Assembly: GCF_006345805.1 (NCBI RefSeq)
Contig: NC_042998.1
Span: forward strand, 161,696,001 to 161,760,000
Length of the DNA: 64,000 nucleotides
DNA from: Octopus sinensis
Taxonomy: Eukaryota
Direction: 5' to 3'
Made by a program: the position numbers and the translations under genes. Shown here piece by piece: positions 53,630-64,000 of the stretch (positions are counted from its first letter, which is position 1; every line of letters starts with the position of its first letter). The notes below the pieces were generated by a model that was given only the letters and a program-made list of their open reading frames with translations, searched no databases and was not told the origin of the DNA.

Positions 53630-54055
53630 CCATAAGGAATGTATTTATATGACCAGTTGCATATATAACTTAGATAATGTAACCAAGTTTTATCCTTACA
53701 GCTGTTTCAGATAATCAATGTCTGGTTGATATAACCATGCATAATGTACAAGGAAATCCAGTATTGTAGGTATAAATAACAGTAAAGGGAAAAACCAACA
53801 AGCTTGGATTTTAATAGCTCTGTTCAATGAATTTACAGTATTCTCTTCAGAAGAGCTAGGCAAATCATCTGATAATGATATTGTTACTTTGCTGCATAGA
53901 GCTTTCAGTTCTCATAGAATTTTCTCTTTGCTTTTATAATATTGACTTAATATTGGACTTTTTGCATAACATGAATGGTTATATTAACTGGTCATTGACT
54001 ATCTGAAACAGCTGTAAAGATTTGTAATATGTAACTTTTCATATGAATACATTGC
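53630..54055. repeat. Diverged inverted repeat (~120-140-bp arms) carrying GAAACAGCTGTAA
   Basis: Reverse complement of left arm 'atggttatatcaaccagacattgattatctgaaacagctgtaag' versus right arm 'atggttatattaactggtcattgactatctgaaacagctgtaaa'. Confidence 0.7.
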
Positions 54056-54099
54056 TTGCACCTGTATTTCTGCTTACACACGCACACACACACACACGT

Positions 54100-54351
<252 letters not shown>

Positions 54352-54514
54352 GTTTGTGTGTGTATTTTTAATGTCCATTGTTCATGCTGGCATGGGTTGG
54401 CATGTGTATGTATATATAGTCAATCTCCCAAAAAATGAAGAACAAACAAAAAACAATGCTAGGATGTGGTACATGTAAAGTATTAGCAGATGCTCAGGGA
54501 AGGAAAGAAAGATG

Positions 54515-54549
54515 GTTTAACGTTTCAAGCAGAGCTCTTCTTCAGAAAC
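54515..54549 (-). ncRNA. Minimal type-I hammerhead ribozyme with intact catalytic core (family ii), in a Penelope-type pseudo-LTR fragment
   Basis: Reverse complement GTTT-CTGAAGA-A-GAGC tct GCTT-GAAA-C-GTT-AAAC. Stem I GTTT/AAAC, stem II GAGC/GCTT, palindromic AACGTT as stem III, GUU cleavage triplet. Confidence 0.8.
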
Positions 54550-54875
54550 AGAGGAAAGTCCAATAGAAAAGGACGATGGAGGAAGAAAATCACTAACAAT
54601 TCACAGAAAAAACAATCTATAAAATAGAATATAACCTATAGATGATTATAATAATGCATATTATTAAATAGAAAAGGTGTTGTAGACTGGCTCTTAAACA
54701 AATTTCCTGGAGTTATTTTCTTACAACAAGTAACTTTGTAAGGCTCTGGAACTTTGTTTTCTGTTGTGATTGCTTTAGATATATGTTCACACCAATGAAC
54801 CGAATGTTGGTCAATAGAAGATGATAATCAGTAAATAAACCATTCCGACATTCCCAATATTTTGCTATTCCTCAG

Positions 54876-54953
54876 AAATGGAATATTGGTTCCTTGTACA
54901 AATCATGACTAGGAACTACATCTTCCATAAAGTACCAGAATTCAATATTTTAG
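54876..54953 (+). CDS. Candidate 78-nt phase 1-1 exon of the same unidentified gene
   Basis: Acceptor tttgctattcctcag| and donor |GTGATA. Open: xMEYWFLVQIMTRNYIFHKVPEFNIL. Phase is compatible with the exon at 56367. Confidence 0.3.
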
Positions 54954-56366
54954 GTGATACTTTATTATCACCTGAAATTTATTAGGGATCAGTTTTGAAA
55001 ATTTATCAGGGATCAGTTGTTTTCATACACTGTGGATTTATTGGGTCTCACTCACTGCAATTATTAGAACTAGTTCAATGATTTTGATACTTCGAGAATA
55101 TGTACAGCTGTCACAAAGCTTGACATGTGGACAAGAACTTTTCCAATACAAAGCAATGATTTACAGTAGCAGCAAGAAGTGCATTAAAAACTCATTTTTG
55201 TAGAATGAAAGTTTCCTGAAATAGAAAATCTATAAGTTTTAAACATCTGCTCATGATCAGCTTATATGATTGTATTACAAGTTGTAGATATAATAGTGTC
55301 ACTTGTTATATTGACAGGGGGTGACACAATATCAATGATGAACATTTAAGTTGAACTATTCAGTGTCAGCTTGATTAAAAGCTGTTCCATACACTTTGAA
55401 GTCCTGAACTAAGTATGGAAGAATATAACAGTACAATTGGAGTAAAGTATTTACAATGGAAAAGTAAAGTAGTAACTAAAGATGAGTAAGACAGTAGAAT
55501 CCCAAAGTAGTTGTATTGTGCATCAGCTAATTGTAAGCACTATAGAAGAGACTAGTTCTAGAATAGTCAACAGATATTCAAGCCTTTTATAAAGGTTAAA
55601 TTTCCCACCAAATAGCCAGTAAGTCATCTGATAAGGGTGATTTTTTTACTAAAAATATGCAGTTATAAAGATTAAAACTTGGTGAAGATATTTCACAAAA
55701 TTATTCTGCTTGTTATAATCAACTAAAATTATTTTTATTTTCGGTATAAGGCTACCTTTGAAGAACACCTTGATAAGCACAAGGTCAGTGAGTCAGATTT
55801 TGTTAACTATATGGTGGTGCCCCAGCATAACTGCAGATTTCAAGCCGAAACTGGTTAAGGAGTCAGAGTTACAGAGTAATTCTATCTTTTCCAAAGTTAA
55901 TAAAAATTTTAATCATGACATATCTGGTTGAATCAAAACTTAACATGGAAATATTATTCATTGATGATTTGTGTGATATTAGGTCTGGAAATGGCATTGT
56001 GACAATGATCTTTAGTTTTCTCTAGATTCAGTAAAAATTCATAGAACTTAGGAAGAACTGATATGTAGAATTTTATTGGTTTAACCAAATGCCATGATTC
56101 TGTTCCAATGGACATACTAAATAAAATAACTGGAGTGATCCAATTGTCTGTCTCCTCTGTGGAAGTAAAATGTTTAAAATTTCAAATAGTGTTTGTGCTT
56201 TCTGTTTTTTCCAATTATGGTCGAAATTAAATTTTATGACATAGAAACAATATTGTGGGACTGAATTTTGATTTCATTTTCTGTGAATTAAAAAGACTAG
56301 ATCTTATACCATAGTTAGAAACTGCTGATAGACAATTGAATCATATACCAATTTAGTTATTTGTAG

Positions 56367-56479
56367 ATAAGAATGCCCTTGAGGAGCACTCATCGACAGC
56401 TGTTAAGAGTATCATTGACAGCTTTACCAGAAGACAAATTTCAGAAGAAAGTGTCCAGAAGACAGAATTGCTTCACCAG
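56367..56479 (+). CDS. Probable penultimate coding exon of an unidentified gene
   Basis: ttagttatttgtag|...CAG|GTAAGC. Phase-1 frame (x)KNALEEHSSTAVKSIIDSFTRRQISEESVQKTELLHQ in non-repetitive DNA, followed by a 74-nt GT-AG intron. Confidence 0.55.
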
Positions 56480-56553
56480 GTAAGCACCAGCCTGACTACA
56501 ACTAATACTTAAAGCTGGTCAACCATATAATTCATTTATTTATCTATTTTCAG

Positions 56554-56589
56554 TTTATAAGGAAGAAACGGCTCATTCTCACATTTTAA
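56554..56589 (+). CDS. Probable terminal coding exon (FIRKKRLILTF*)
   Basis: atttatttatctattttcag|TTTATAAGG...TAA, in frame with the preceding exon. AATAAA at 56800-56805. Confidence 0.5.
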   Translation, partial: FIRKKRLILTF

Positions 56590-57599
56590 AATGATAAACA
56601 TGATATAACAAAGAATCAGCACATATGTTTTCCATCTACAATCTAAGATGTATAAGTCAGTTTTGACTTTAGTAGCCATCATCATATATAAATTAACACT
56701 CATTATTTGACAATAATTTACAAATGTCTTCTATATCTCTGACCACTAGTAGCTATTTTATTACATATAACTTGTCTTCAAAAAAACAAAACAAAAACAA
56801 ATAAAATTATAAATAGTTTTTGCTCTGAGTGATTTTTAAGGAAGCTTCTGTCTCATAGTATTGACTGAATGTTTAGTAACTCTAAAATGAATAATTTTAG
56901 AATAACAATATATTTAACCGAGACTTTATACAAAACAAAGAAGACAAACATGTAAACTCTTATGAGCGAACAGTTTATCATGAGAAACAAAAAACACCCT
57001 CAAAAGTTTGCTTTCTTGCAATTGTGGCATTGTTTCACACCTCTAATTTGTGACCTTTCCAAATTAATCAACTGAGTTGTAAAACAGCAACCAGCAGTGG
57101 TTAGCCATTCTCTTCTAATACTTAAGAAATACAAAGATTCTAACAAACTTTTCACTGCTATTGTCATTGTCATCTTTATTGTTGCTATCATCGGCATTGG
57201 CAGTAGTGTTATTGTCAGCATCATTGTCATCATTATTATTGTTGGTGTTGGCTATGACATTATCATTATTATCATCATCATAACGTTTTCCCTTATGTCA
57301 ATATATACTGCTTTGGTTGGACTGCAGTACAGAGTACCACCACTCATTTCTGTTATATGTCATCTCCTCTTTAAGACTTGACACGAAATTTGACCTCATC
57401 ATTTCTTCAAAGCCATTCTTAGTGCTCAAATACCTTATACTATCAGCTTTTACTACATTTTTTGTCCTACTGATATCATCCGTTTGAAAAGTAATAGTGC
57501 CCAGATATGTACAGGCTCTCACACACACTATACATTTAAAAGCAAAGTATGCTAGCACAACACACACACGTGTGTGTGTGTGTGTGTATATATATTCTT

Positions 57600-57995
57600 T
57601 TATTCTTTTACACATTTCAGTCTTTTGACTGTGGCCATGCTGGAGAATCACCTTAAAGGATTTTGTAGTCAAAGAAATCAGCCACAGGACTTATTTTTTT
57701 GCATGCCTAGTACTTATTCTATCAGTCTCTTTTGCTGAGCTGCTAAATTACAAGGGCATAAACACACCACCATCAATTGTCAAGCGATGGTGGGGAGGGG
57801 GAAAAAATAGACACAAAGACATACACACACACATACGATGGGCTTCTTTCAGTTTCCATCAGCCAAATTCACTCACAAGGCTTTAGTCAGCCCAAAGCTA
57901 TTGTAAAAGACACTTGCCCAATGTGCCATGCAGTAGGACTGAACCCAGAACCATGTGCTTGGGAAGCAAGCTTTTTGCCACATAGCCAGGCTATA
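57600..57995 (-). mobile_element. SINE family A
   Basis: Family A head and tail. Confidence 0.88.
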
Positions 57996-58614
57996 TAGAG
58001 ATATATGCACACACACACACACACACACACATACACACAAACATATGCATATACATACAGGAAATATCCCATTAGTAAGGTAGCATTTAAACATTAAGTT
58101 AATTAACGTTAAGTATGTATATAGTGATCTACTGATCTGTGAAGACACTAAATCATTGTTTCTCATTAATTATAGGCTCTAGCATTTCTACAGTAGTCTG
58201 ATTTTTACTATGAATTCATAAGAATAAGTTCCTATAAAATTAATGCCTTTTCCCAATTTGATAGAGTGGTTCATTCTATGAAACTCATATGTAAATAGCC
58301 AGTGTAAAATTTCTGGACTTGCAAGTCATTATATAATGTAATTCATATATCATCCGTGATGTCAGAGATCTAGAATCATAACTGGAGTTTTCAAAGATAA
58401 AATTGTAATATCTAATGTATGGTGTATTAAAACACTAAGAAGAAATAAATATTCTGACATGAGGAAATTATATTTATGAATGACTAATGTTAATTTTTCT
58501 GGCAAGTATGGGAAACAACTGTGAATATGTTTCTGTCTTATTCTGATGCTCTTCAGCAAAGCAAAAGTTGTCATGGAACTTGCTGAAATAATATTAGTAA
58601 CTCATTAATATCAG

Positions 58615-58802
58615 TTTCCAATTTTGGCACAAGGTGAGTAATTTTGGGGTTGGGGCTAAGTCGATTACATCGATCCCAGTATGCAACTGGTAACTATTTT
58701 AGGATGGAAGTAAAGTCGACCTCAGAGGAATTTGAACCCAGAATGTACAGACAGACAAAATGCCACTAAGCATTTTATTAACACTCTGCCAGCTCACTGC
58801 CC
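58615..58802 (-). mobile_element. SINE family B
   Basis: 'taagtcgattacatcgatcccagt..agtcgacctcagaggaatttgaacccagaatg..ctgccagctc'. Confidence 0.8.
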
Positions 58803-58868
58803 AAGTAACTCAAATATCTAGAGGTAGAGTAATATGCTTTATTAAAAAGCAGCAAAAATATCACAAAA

Positions 58869-58908
58869 ACTGTTACTCAGAGTTTCATGTTCTCGTTTGT
58901 TGGACAGT
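58869..58908 (-). ncRNA. Hammerhead-like motif (family iii), core decayed
   Basis: Reverse complement ACTGT-CCAACAA-ACGAGAACAT-GAAA-CTCTGAG-TA-ACAGT. Stem I and stem III (ACTC-T-GAGT) intact. Confidence 0.6.
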
Positions 58909-59974
58909 TTTGTTTAGAATAGAACAAAAATGAGGTTATAAGCAAGCATATACAATTAGTTTAATAGATATACATTTGAAAATGGTTTTGTTTCATTGGT
59001 CCTTTCTATTAACAGTCTTTATAGTGACCGGTTCCATGCAATGAACAAGTTTCGGTATAAACTTATCATAAAATCGAAGAAAGCCTTAAATCAAAAATAG
59101 CTTATAAAGAAGGACAGATCCTAAATATATAAGAAAATGAGATGACAAAGGAATAAAGGATTATCTTTTGAAGTTCATTAGCTGTAAGATTACAGCTGTT
59201 TCTGCTGTAAGATGTAGTGGATTCATTGAGTCCTACAACAGGTTATTAGTCTCACAATGCCTAAACAAAATATTTTATATATATATATAATACAAAATGG
59301 GACAAGAACACAAAACATCCAGACAGTTAAATGATAAAAAAATGGGACAATAAAACATCCACATAGACGATACAAAGAAAACAAGGATGGGTCATTTGAA
59401 GTTTTCTTTCCTCAGTCAAGTACCAGATTATCTTTGCAATTTCAGTTGATTATACTTGAGATTGCTCCAATCTGGTCAGCCCCATGGAAAAACTAAGCTA
59501 AGAGCATTAGATTCCTTGGAAGATCATCATCATCATTTTAAAGCTTTCTTTTCCAAATTTGCATGGCTCAGGTAAGAATACGTTTTCTCCAGTAAGTTTC
59601 TTCTGAGTTTTGTACTGCTGGATACCCTTCCTGATTCTGACTCTCTTCTATCTCCAAGCAATGCCTTTACAGTCCAGACATGGTTACAACAGCAAACAGT
59701 CCAGACATGGTTACAAAACGAACTGGAAACAAAGATTACATAACATGTCAAGATATTTTGAGAAACCTGAATATGCTTTTGTGGTGAACTGCAAATATAT
59801 GGACATCATCTGTATGAATATTGAGGCTTCTAGTGCTTATTTGATCAGTCTCTTTTTGCTGAACTTCTTAGTTATAAAGACAGAAACAAACCAGCAGTAT
59901 TTGTCAAGAAGTGAGATAAATACAAACAGGACTCACACACATACATGCACATGTTTATGTATGTTTGCATATAT

Positions 59975-60335
59975 ATATCATCATCATCATCATCGTTTAG
60001 CATCCGCTTTCCATGCTAGCATGGGTTGGACGGTTCAACTGGGGTCTGGGAAGCCAGAAGGCTGCACCAGGCCCAGTCTGATCTGGCAATGCTTCTACTA
60101 CTGGATGCCCTTCCTAACGTCAACCACTCCGTGAGTGTAATGGGTACTTTTTACGTGCCACCGGCACAGGTGCCAGACGAGGCTGGCAAACGGCCACGAT
60201 CAGATGGTGCTTTTTACGTGCCACCGGCACAAGGCCAGTCGGGGCGGCGCTGGTAACGGCCACGTTCAGATGGTTCTCTTACGTACCACCGGCACTGGTA
60301 TCACAGCTGCAATTTCCATTGATGTTGATCGATAT
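59975..60335 (-). mobile_element. RTE-type 3' tail (well preserved, GC-rich)
   Basis: catcatcatcatcgtttagcatccgctttccatgctagcatgggttggacgg is the reverse complement of the tail at 31150. Confidence 0.85.
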
Positions 60336-60495
60336 ATATATATATATATTAACTTATGAGAGGTAATGGTGTCACTAAGACCCAAAGGTGTCAGGTAATA
60401 CTGAGCAAGTGCTATGGACAGACTATAGTTAAGATCCCGGTTCGGTGATTATGCGAATGAGGAGTCCAACATAGGTCATATATCAGCATGTGCAT

Positions 60496-60710
60496 ATATA
60501 AAAAATTTTTTAGAATGAGGAAAATTCAAGGCTGTGAAAGATTTCTGAACATTTATAAATAGAAGGTCTTAGAGCCGTTTCTGGGATATTTTATCTCCAA
60601 TGAAGAGATATATAAAATATCCCGGAAACAGCTGTAAGACCTTCTGTTTATAAATGTTCTAAAATCTTTCACAGCCTTGAATTTTTATCTCATTCTGAAA
60701 AATTTATATA
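60496..60710. repeat. Long near-perfect palindrome (~95-bp arms, ~15-nt loop)
   Basis: agaatgag..aaaattcaaggctgtgaaagattt..gaacatttataaa.agaaggtctta.agc.gtttc.gggatattttat is mirrored in the right arm. Confidence 0.92.
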
Positions 60711-60722
60711 TATATATATATA

Positions 60723-61095
60723 TCTACTATATAAAACCCATTCTGTCTGTCTGTGTGTGTCTTCTAGGATCTTGGGCATCCTCCATCTGATTGCACTCAA
60801 ATTTGATATGTAGATACTGGCAGTATCAGGGCATGTATAAATCTTGAAAAAATTATAAAAATCGATTCCAGGTGAGAATGCGATCAATAAAGCCGTGGGA
60901 ACGTGCATTTGTAAAATAGTTTTTCTTAGAATAGAAAAAAGTCTATCTTTATTTCTTCTTTTGCTGATATCTCAAATTTAGGTTAAATCAGTGTTTCTCA
61001 AAGGGGAGGCCTATGGGACGGTTGGACAAGTTGTTTTGAGAAAATTTGGTTTAAATGTTTGATAACTCAGCACTGTCCATTGGACGTTTTGCTCG
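60723..61095 (+). mobile_element. Helitron-like non-autonomous element
   Basis: a|TCTACTATATAAAA start, (ctgt)n, subterminal hairpin GTCCA-T-TGGAC (61075-85), and end CTCG|t (CTAG-like). Confidence 0.6.
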
Positions 61096-61107
61096 TATAT
61101 ATATATA

Positions 61108-62737
61108 CAGTGGCGGCCAAAATGTTCAGAACGGCATTGTTTTCGTCAGAAAAGTAGATATAATTTTTTATGAAAGTTGTTTTAGATTCTATAATTTTCA
61201 CAGACAATAAATACGATATTATTTGTTATTGCCTGAGATTTTGGTGTAATTTGAGAGGATAATACAAAAGTTATGGATGATTTAGTGATTTACTGCAAAA
61301 TCCATGGCGGTCAAAATGATCAGAACGGTTGCTTTTATTCCGTGTTTTAGTATATTTAACCAGCGAACTCTAATGTTTTGAATTTGTTTACGTGACGGTG
61401 CGTTTACTAAACATTAGTAAGAATATACGCAGTGTACTTTGTTAATATAATGCCACTTACTCCATTACCAATTCGTCAGCAGATTATTAAGCTTCGAAGG
61501 CAGGATAATTTAAGTATTGGATCTATTGCAAAGATTGTTAACAAGTCAAAAAGTGTTGTACACGGTATTCTTGAGGTCTTCGATGATTGTGGTTCATGTG
61601 AAGCAAGAAAGTTTAAAAGTAGGCCAAGAAAAACGACCAAGAGAGAAGATTGTGCTATGGTAAAGTTGGTTAAAAAGGACAGATTTAAAACTGCTGCTGC
61701 TGTTTCTCGGAAAATGAGCATTGTATTGAAGAAAACTTTATCTCAAAAAACTGTGTCTTGTCGTTTAGTTGAACATGACCTACAAGCAAGAGCACCTGCA
61801 GTGAAGCCACTGATCAGCTCCAAGAATAAAAAGTGTCGTCTTACCTTTGCAACCGAACATGTGTTGTGGTCTCAAGAAAAATGGCAAACGGTGCATTTCA
61901 GTGATGAATCTAACTTTATGTTATTTGGCTCAGATGGGAAAAGGTACGTTCATAGAAAAGTAGGTGAAAAATTGTCACCTAAATGCCTTAAGACTAGTGT
62001 TAAATTCGGTGGAGGAAGTGTCATGGTTTTGGGGATGATATCTGGAGATGGTGTGGGCCCTTTGGTGCGATTACATAGAAAGTTAAATGCAGGAGTTTAT
62101 AAACAACTTGTAAAAGATCATGTCTTGCCTGTGCTGAGAAATTCAACTAAGTGACCACCCATATTCATGCAGGACAATGCCCCATGTCACAAGGCGAAGG
62201 TGGTCATGAACTTCCTCAAGGCTGAAAGGGTTATTGTTATGGATTGGCCTGCTCAAAGCCCAGATCTCATTCCTATTGAAAATGTATGGAATATTCTAGG
62301 AGAACGTTCGAAAGCCAGAAATCCTAAAACAACTGAGCAATTATGGAATGCCCTTCACGAAGAATGGAATATGATCACCCCAGGAAGAAATTGAAAGTTT
62401 AATTTCCTCATGCTGTCGAAGATGTCAGAGTGTGATTGAAGCTAAAGGGCTTCACACTAAATATTAAATAATTCCAGTATTCTCTGTCATTTTTGATTAT
62501 TTTGTTATTTTTTCAACCGTTCTGATCATTTTGGCCGCCATGGGTTTTGCAGTAAATCCCTAAATCATCCATAACTTTTGTATTATCCTCTCAAATTACA
62601 CCAAAATCTTAGACAATAACAATTAATATTGTATTTATTGTCTGTGAAAATTATAGAATATAAAACTACTTTGATAAAAACTTATACTTACTTTTTTGAC
62701 GAAAACAATGCCGTTCTGAACATTTTGGCCGCAACTG
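61108..62737 (+). mobile_element. Tc1 (DD34E) transposon, full length 1630 bp, ~223-bp IR/DR TIRs, TA target-site duplication
   Basis: ta|CAGTGGCGGCCAAAATGTTCAGAACGG ... CCGTTCTGAACATTTTGGCCGCAACTG|ta. Inner repeat GGCGGTCAAAATGATCAGAACGG at ~61306 and its mirror at ~62517. Confidence 0.96.
61450..62467 (+). pseudogene. Tc1 DD34E transposase with only two ORF-breaking lesions
   Basis: MPLTPLPIRQQII...VHFSDES...KFGGGSVMVLG...TK*PPIFMQDNAPCH...WPAQSPDLIPIE(34)NVW. TGA at 62152-54 and a +1 frameshift near 62383 before EIESLISSCCRRCQSVIEAKGLHTKY*. Confidence 0.95.
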
Positions 62738-62994
62738 TATATAATTGAATTAAGCAGTGGTTTAGCAATGTGTCACCAAAAAGGGAAACTATAATTGTCA
62801 TTAAATATGACTGAGGGTGTTAGAACACCTACAATGTTAGAAGAGTAAAAGCTTTCTGATACTGCTGTTAAGAGACCGTAAATGGCCGAAAGTAGCACAC
62901 ACACACACACATATTCACACACATGCACACACATATATATACATACACACACATGTATATGTATGTATGTATGTATGAATATGTGCATATAGCT

Positions 62995-63155
62995 AGCATT
63001 CCCTACAGTTTCCATCTACCAAATTCACTAACAAGGTATTGGTCAGTTCAGGGCAATAATAGAAGACAGATGACCAAGTTGCCAAGCAGTGGAATTGAAC
63101 TTAAATGAGATAGTTACAAAGCAAACTTCTTAACCATGTAGTCATACCAGTGCCT
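62995..63155 (-). mobile_element. SINE family A head fragment
   Basis: 'cagtttccatctaccaaattcactaacaagg..aaacttcttaaccatgtagtcatacc'. Confidence 0.7.
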
Positions 63156-64000
63156 GTAATGAATATATTCCAATTAAATATTGCACGAATGAAATAACAA
63201 AACAAAACAGAAGAATAGAAATTTACCAAAGCAGATCCTAGCATAATATTCAAAGCTATTAGTAATCTTTAATAGGAATAAATGTACAATACCATTGTAT
63301 CCTGTGTGGGGACATTGAAACATAGATCAGTGGATATAAATCAAATAAAGATATACAGAGATAGACATCTCCAACAATTGGTGAATACACGGGCATTTAG
63401 TGCTGTATTCACAGCTGACGAATACATTGATACATATATGGCTTTACAAAATGCTTTGAAAGGAGATAAACATATTCATTGAGTTATAGTGACTAAAACA
63501 TATTGAGATGTAAAGTTTTAAATATACACACAGTGCTATATGTACGCACATATCCTTACAGGAATATTAAGACATAAGGTAAATAGAAATTGAAAAGCAT
63601 ACTTTAGTTGATAAATATATTTATCTAAACTAACAGAGCCCCCTAATAAATGTTAGAAACAGTTATGCACAGATGCATACACATGCATTCATACTGACAA
63701 GTATGCAGACATAAATACATATACAGTTATATACAGACACACACATGTGCAAGTACATATATAAACACAAGCATGCACACAAATACATATACTCACACAA
63801 GTGTAGGCACACACATGCACGCATACTTGCATACACATATGCATGCATACACACATACATACACACACTCATATACTCATGTATATGAAAACACATTACA
63901 TACATACATACACATTAATTTCTGTATGAAAGAAGACATGTTTTGATTCTTCCAGACTTTCTAATAGATGGATTGAATAGTAAACTTTGGCCTCTTACTT

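Noticed and set aside
53702-53769. Apparent exon after ...ccttacag
   Set aside because: It lies in one arm of the 53.6-54.0-kb inverted repeat (GAAACAGCTGTAA family) and ends in a stop before the better donor.
63282-63482. 66-aa non-repetitive ORF with a small hairpin (GTGAATACA..TGTATTCAC)
   Set aside because: No recognisable domain or splice support; length is within chance expectation.

Overview
AT-rich, microsatellite-dense eukaryotic DNA. The SINE families, RTE tails and long (TA)n/(CA)n/(GAT)n runs look like a coleoid cephalopod, probably Octopus; this is inferred from repeat style, not from a search. Almost all ORFs in the supplied track are artefacts of simple repeats or SINEs. Supportable content: (1) five Tc1/mariner-superfamily elements from four catalytic classes, all disrupted: DD34D mariner x2, DD37E TRT-like, DD37D maT, and a nearly intact DD34E IR/DR Tc1; (2) a Penelope-like (GIY-YIG) retroelement remnant plus several pseudo-LTR fragments; (3) many tRNA-derived SINEs and RTE-LINE 3' ends, often nested; (4) hAT- and piggyBac-type MITEs and Helitron-like non-autonomous elements; (5) a degenerate tRNA-Ala(UGC); (6) probable terminal exons of an unidentified + strand gene near 56.4-56.6 kb. 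The most interesting signal, absent from the ORF track, is a set of minimal type-I hammerhead ribozyme motifs from at least four sequence families. One copy has an intact core (54515-54549), one family has a possible U4C core variant, and two families sit in foldback (inverted-repeat) elements. Hammerheads in Penelope-like elements are already known, so I cannot claim a wholly new system; the foldback association and the core variant are the parts worth testing. No prokaryotic genes or CRISPR arrays. Coordinates of degenerate repeats are approximate.
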